NCBI RefSeq assembly: GCF_036321535.1 | Contig: NC_087437.1 | Coordinates: 23,748,001-23,812,000 of the forward strand | Length of the DNA: 64,000 nt | From: Camelus dromedarius | Taxonomy: Eukaryota | Direction of reading: 5' to 3' | In this document: piece after piece, positions 60,823 to 64,000 of the stretch | Layout of the letters: each line of letters starts with the position of its first letter | How positions within the stretch are numbered: position 1 is the first letter of the stretch | Program-made: the position numbers and the translations under genes | The notes under the pieces: model-generated | Databases searched by the model: none | The model's input: only the letters and a program-made list of their open reading frames with translations | What the model was told of the DNA's origin: nothing

Positions 60823-63800
60823 GATTTAAAGAGTTCTGAAAAAGAAGATCTCATATTAATACACTGTCTACAAATTTATAAGTCAAGAATGACAGTTGGA
60901 ACAAGATACTTCTGAAGCTGTACAGTCACGCACATGGGGTATTCCTCTTTATCCATCTATTACAGCCATATCTGGCCATTTAAATCCTTTTAGCTTGACT
61001 CCTTCCCCACTACTGTTTCATAGTAGGACTTTAGAAGTTGTAGGGCAGCCCAGGATGGTGACAGTTTTTAAAAGGCTTAGGAGGAGAGGGGCCAGTGAGA
61101 CAGAAAGCCAGGAAGAAAAGCTGTGAGCCTAAGACTCTACGTGGTAACCAAGTTACAAATCAGAGCCTTTACAGTGAACACAACCCCAGGGCTGGGCTGC
61201 GGGCACGGTCCAGCATGAGAAGGAGAGAGGTCAGCTATCAGGTCACACTACTGCAAATATCTCTGGAGATTCCAGGTCCTGTGGATATGTTCTACCCAGC
61301 TTGAACAGCAAATTTGAGAAGGCCTGCCCCTCTGTTTCATGTATCGATACATGCTTTTAGCCAAAACACATAAGCTGGGGAATTATGGCAGTACCATGAT
61401 AATCCAACTGAAAATTTGTGTTGGTTATTTCTACAAACAAACAAAAACAATTTAGTGCCTTGATTCCATTCTAATCTTTCCCACTACTATCCATCCAGTC
61501 ACTACTTTCCCTACCTCTCCACTTTAAATCCTAACCCCTCTATGTGCCTTTTAATTACAATTAACACATGTGATAAAAGCTGTTATCTGATTGATTCGTC
61601 TTGGACCACACATTAATATGGATCAGTCCTTCCCCTTCACAGCCTCTCTCCAAGTTTGGCTGCCCTTTACTAACTCCTTCTACTGTTTTATCCTAAGTGG
61701 TAAATAAAAGTCAGTTGAGCCTTCCACATCATTAACTAAAATCTGGTGTTCCCAAGAAGAAACCACATCTCTCCTTTCCTTTTCTAAATTATTTATTTAT
61801 CATTGCCTGCTTTAATCATAAAATTTAATAATATAGTAAAACTCTTAGGACTATTCCAATTATAGTCATCTCTTAATTGTATATACCGAAGAAGTTGAGT
61901 AATGGGTTTTCTTGGCCCTGCAAAAATTTTTTAAATATATGTTTTTTGATAGATTTGACTCCCTGGATTTTCCTAGAACAATAGCAACCCCATTAACTGG
62001 TCAGTAACCATGGCCAGGAACCACCTCAGCCAGAAGGGCAAAAAGATTGAAATTTGTATATATATATTTTGCAATTAATCAATAAGGGGAACAATAAGCT
62101 AATAAACACATGTAACAAAAGTGTACTAAAAGTTTTCAAAGGCCATATTAGTGTCTTACACTCTATCACATGAAGAACTAAAAAAGGAGAGTAAATTCTT
62201 ACATGTATCTGGCCGTGATTACTTTTGTCAACATCACATTTTTATGATCAAAGATTATATATTAAAATTCATACCTATTATCTTTAAATATGCTAAGAGT
62301 ACCTTAAATATATATGTATATATATATATATTTAAATAAAGATTAATAGACTAATAAATTCTGGAGTAGGAATAAGCAGTAGCCCTTAATTAGCACACTG
62401 AACTAAACAGCTGAGTTTTTACTTAACAACTGTTTCTCATAGGACCACTCTGTAATATGCTCAGTTTTTAAAAAAATGTTCTGTGGCTTTTAATCAACTT
62501 AGCAATTTTAAGGGACAGTTGTTTCAGTCATTCTCATCTTGCCTACGATATCCAAAAAAAGCACTCATTTCAAGGACAAATACTGACTAATAAATACCCA
62601 GAAATACTATTTTTGAAATTAAACAGCAAAAAATTTTGTCTGAACAGACCACTGAATTGGAAAAAAAAAAAAGATCCATAGTTTCTGGAGTGCAAATCTA
62701 TATATCTGAGATGGAAAAAAAGTTTTAATTTAAAATACAGTTAGTATTTAGTTGTTTGAGCCTGGGAAACTCAGTGCAAGTCAGAAATAATGTTCTAGAA
62801 AAATAATTCATACACTAATACCTCTGCATCATATTAGGAACAGGTGGAGGCTCTTAAGCAGTGGAGTGCCATAAGTTCCTTAGTCCTTGCCAAATGAGTG
62901 CCAGCTACGAATATAAGAGTATTTACCTTTTATGGGGCCAGGGAGAATTACCTCCTTGCACTGAAATCCCAGGAAAGGAAACTAAACAGACTCTTAAACA
63001 GAGCTCATTTGTCAAATTTGCTCTTTTCTTTCCTACTTGGTTACATTATTTTGAGTCTTAAACTATAGATTTGTAAAGCATAAGTACCTGTTGGCAAAAC
63101 TACTGCAGAACAAAATCTGGGTGGTCCTCACTTTCCTGTAGGTTTTCAATTTTCACAATCCATAATATTTCAGGCATGAAGTGGTGTCATAAGCTCTGGT
63201 GCAAAATGTGAAGTGACAGTTGTACCTGTATATGTGCCAGGTAGAATGAATAAAGCTCCTGTGAACTAAAGATACCTACCACGTGCATCCCTGTCCAATC
63301 TTCTTTACTGTTTCAAAGATCTTGTGGGTTTCTCAAACTTAATGGGTCTATTATAAGACATAATGCCACTCAGTTTTTTAAATGACTGAGCTGTGTCTTG
63401 GCTGAATTAATTAATTAACATATTAACTTTTAAATAATGCCTTTTCCTACTCCTAGTGAGAAACAAATCCCAGTAAAGCTTACAAGAAATAGAAAATCAT
63501 ATTTATCTTGTACTAAAGGGGAAAAAAAGTCTCTAATAAAGTTATATTACATATTGTTCCACTGGAATCATAATTGTTTCAGGACAAATACAGAACTTCG
63601 AATTATAATATTATTACACACTTTTTAACACTGTTAAATGGCAGCTTCTGAGGAAATTAAAGCATCATATATTACACACAAATGAATATATCTCTGTTAA
63701 AATTATTCTATCAGACATTATAAGATCCATTGCTGCTCTGGGATATTGGAAAATCACAAAACTCTGCTATGAAGGAGGAGAAACAGTGCGGATGATACCC

Positions 63801-64000
63801 CACTATGGCTCCACAATTTATATTACAGGAAAACTCTTTTGACCCACCTCTTGGGGGCCTGAATTTCTATTTAACTGCATGAAAAATATTGAAGTGTTAT
63901 CTGCAACCCAAAGGGGAAACATGCCTTATTTTGAAAGATCCTAAAACTACCATTCCTAAAACTAGGAATAAACTGGATTTGGATTACTTATCCAAATTTT

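Overview
This is mammalian genomic DNA, not prokaryotic. A tRNA-derived vic-1-type SINE suggests a camelid (inference). The window is AT-rich and dominated by transposon remains: L1, MaLR/ERV LTRs, MER5/MER20/MER58, Tigger, MIR and L2. It holds two tandem minus-strand phospholipid scramblase (PLSCR) family genes, most of whose exons are missed by the ORF track. Gene A is PLSCR2/PLSCR1-like. I assembled seven GT-AG coding exons by hand (60822-60810, 51986-51595, 50240-50198, 40217-39997, 37494-37333, 29478-29317, 26131-26072), giving an uninterrupted 1053-nt CDS (350 aa). It carries an expanded N-terminal 7-aa repeat, and its Ca2+-binding motif, NLS and PKC site are altered. Gene B is a more divergent PLSCR paralogue with three exons visible (5345-5187, 3878-3836, 1161-941). 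It runs off the left edge and has a possible 1-nt frameshift in its first visible exon. I found no CRISPR array, rRNA or genuine tRNA gene. Nothing here can be shown to be a wholly new system; the most notable signals are the diverged scramblase paralogues and several well-preserved insertion structures. Repeat-family names come from recalled consensus motifs and their boundaries are approximate.
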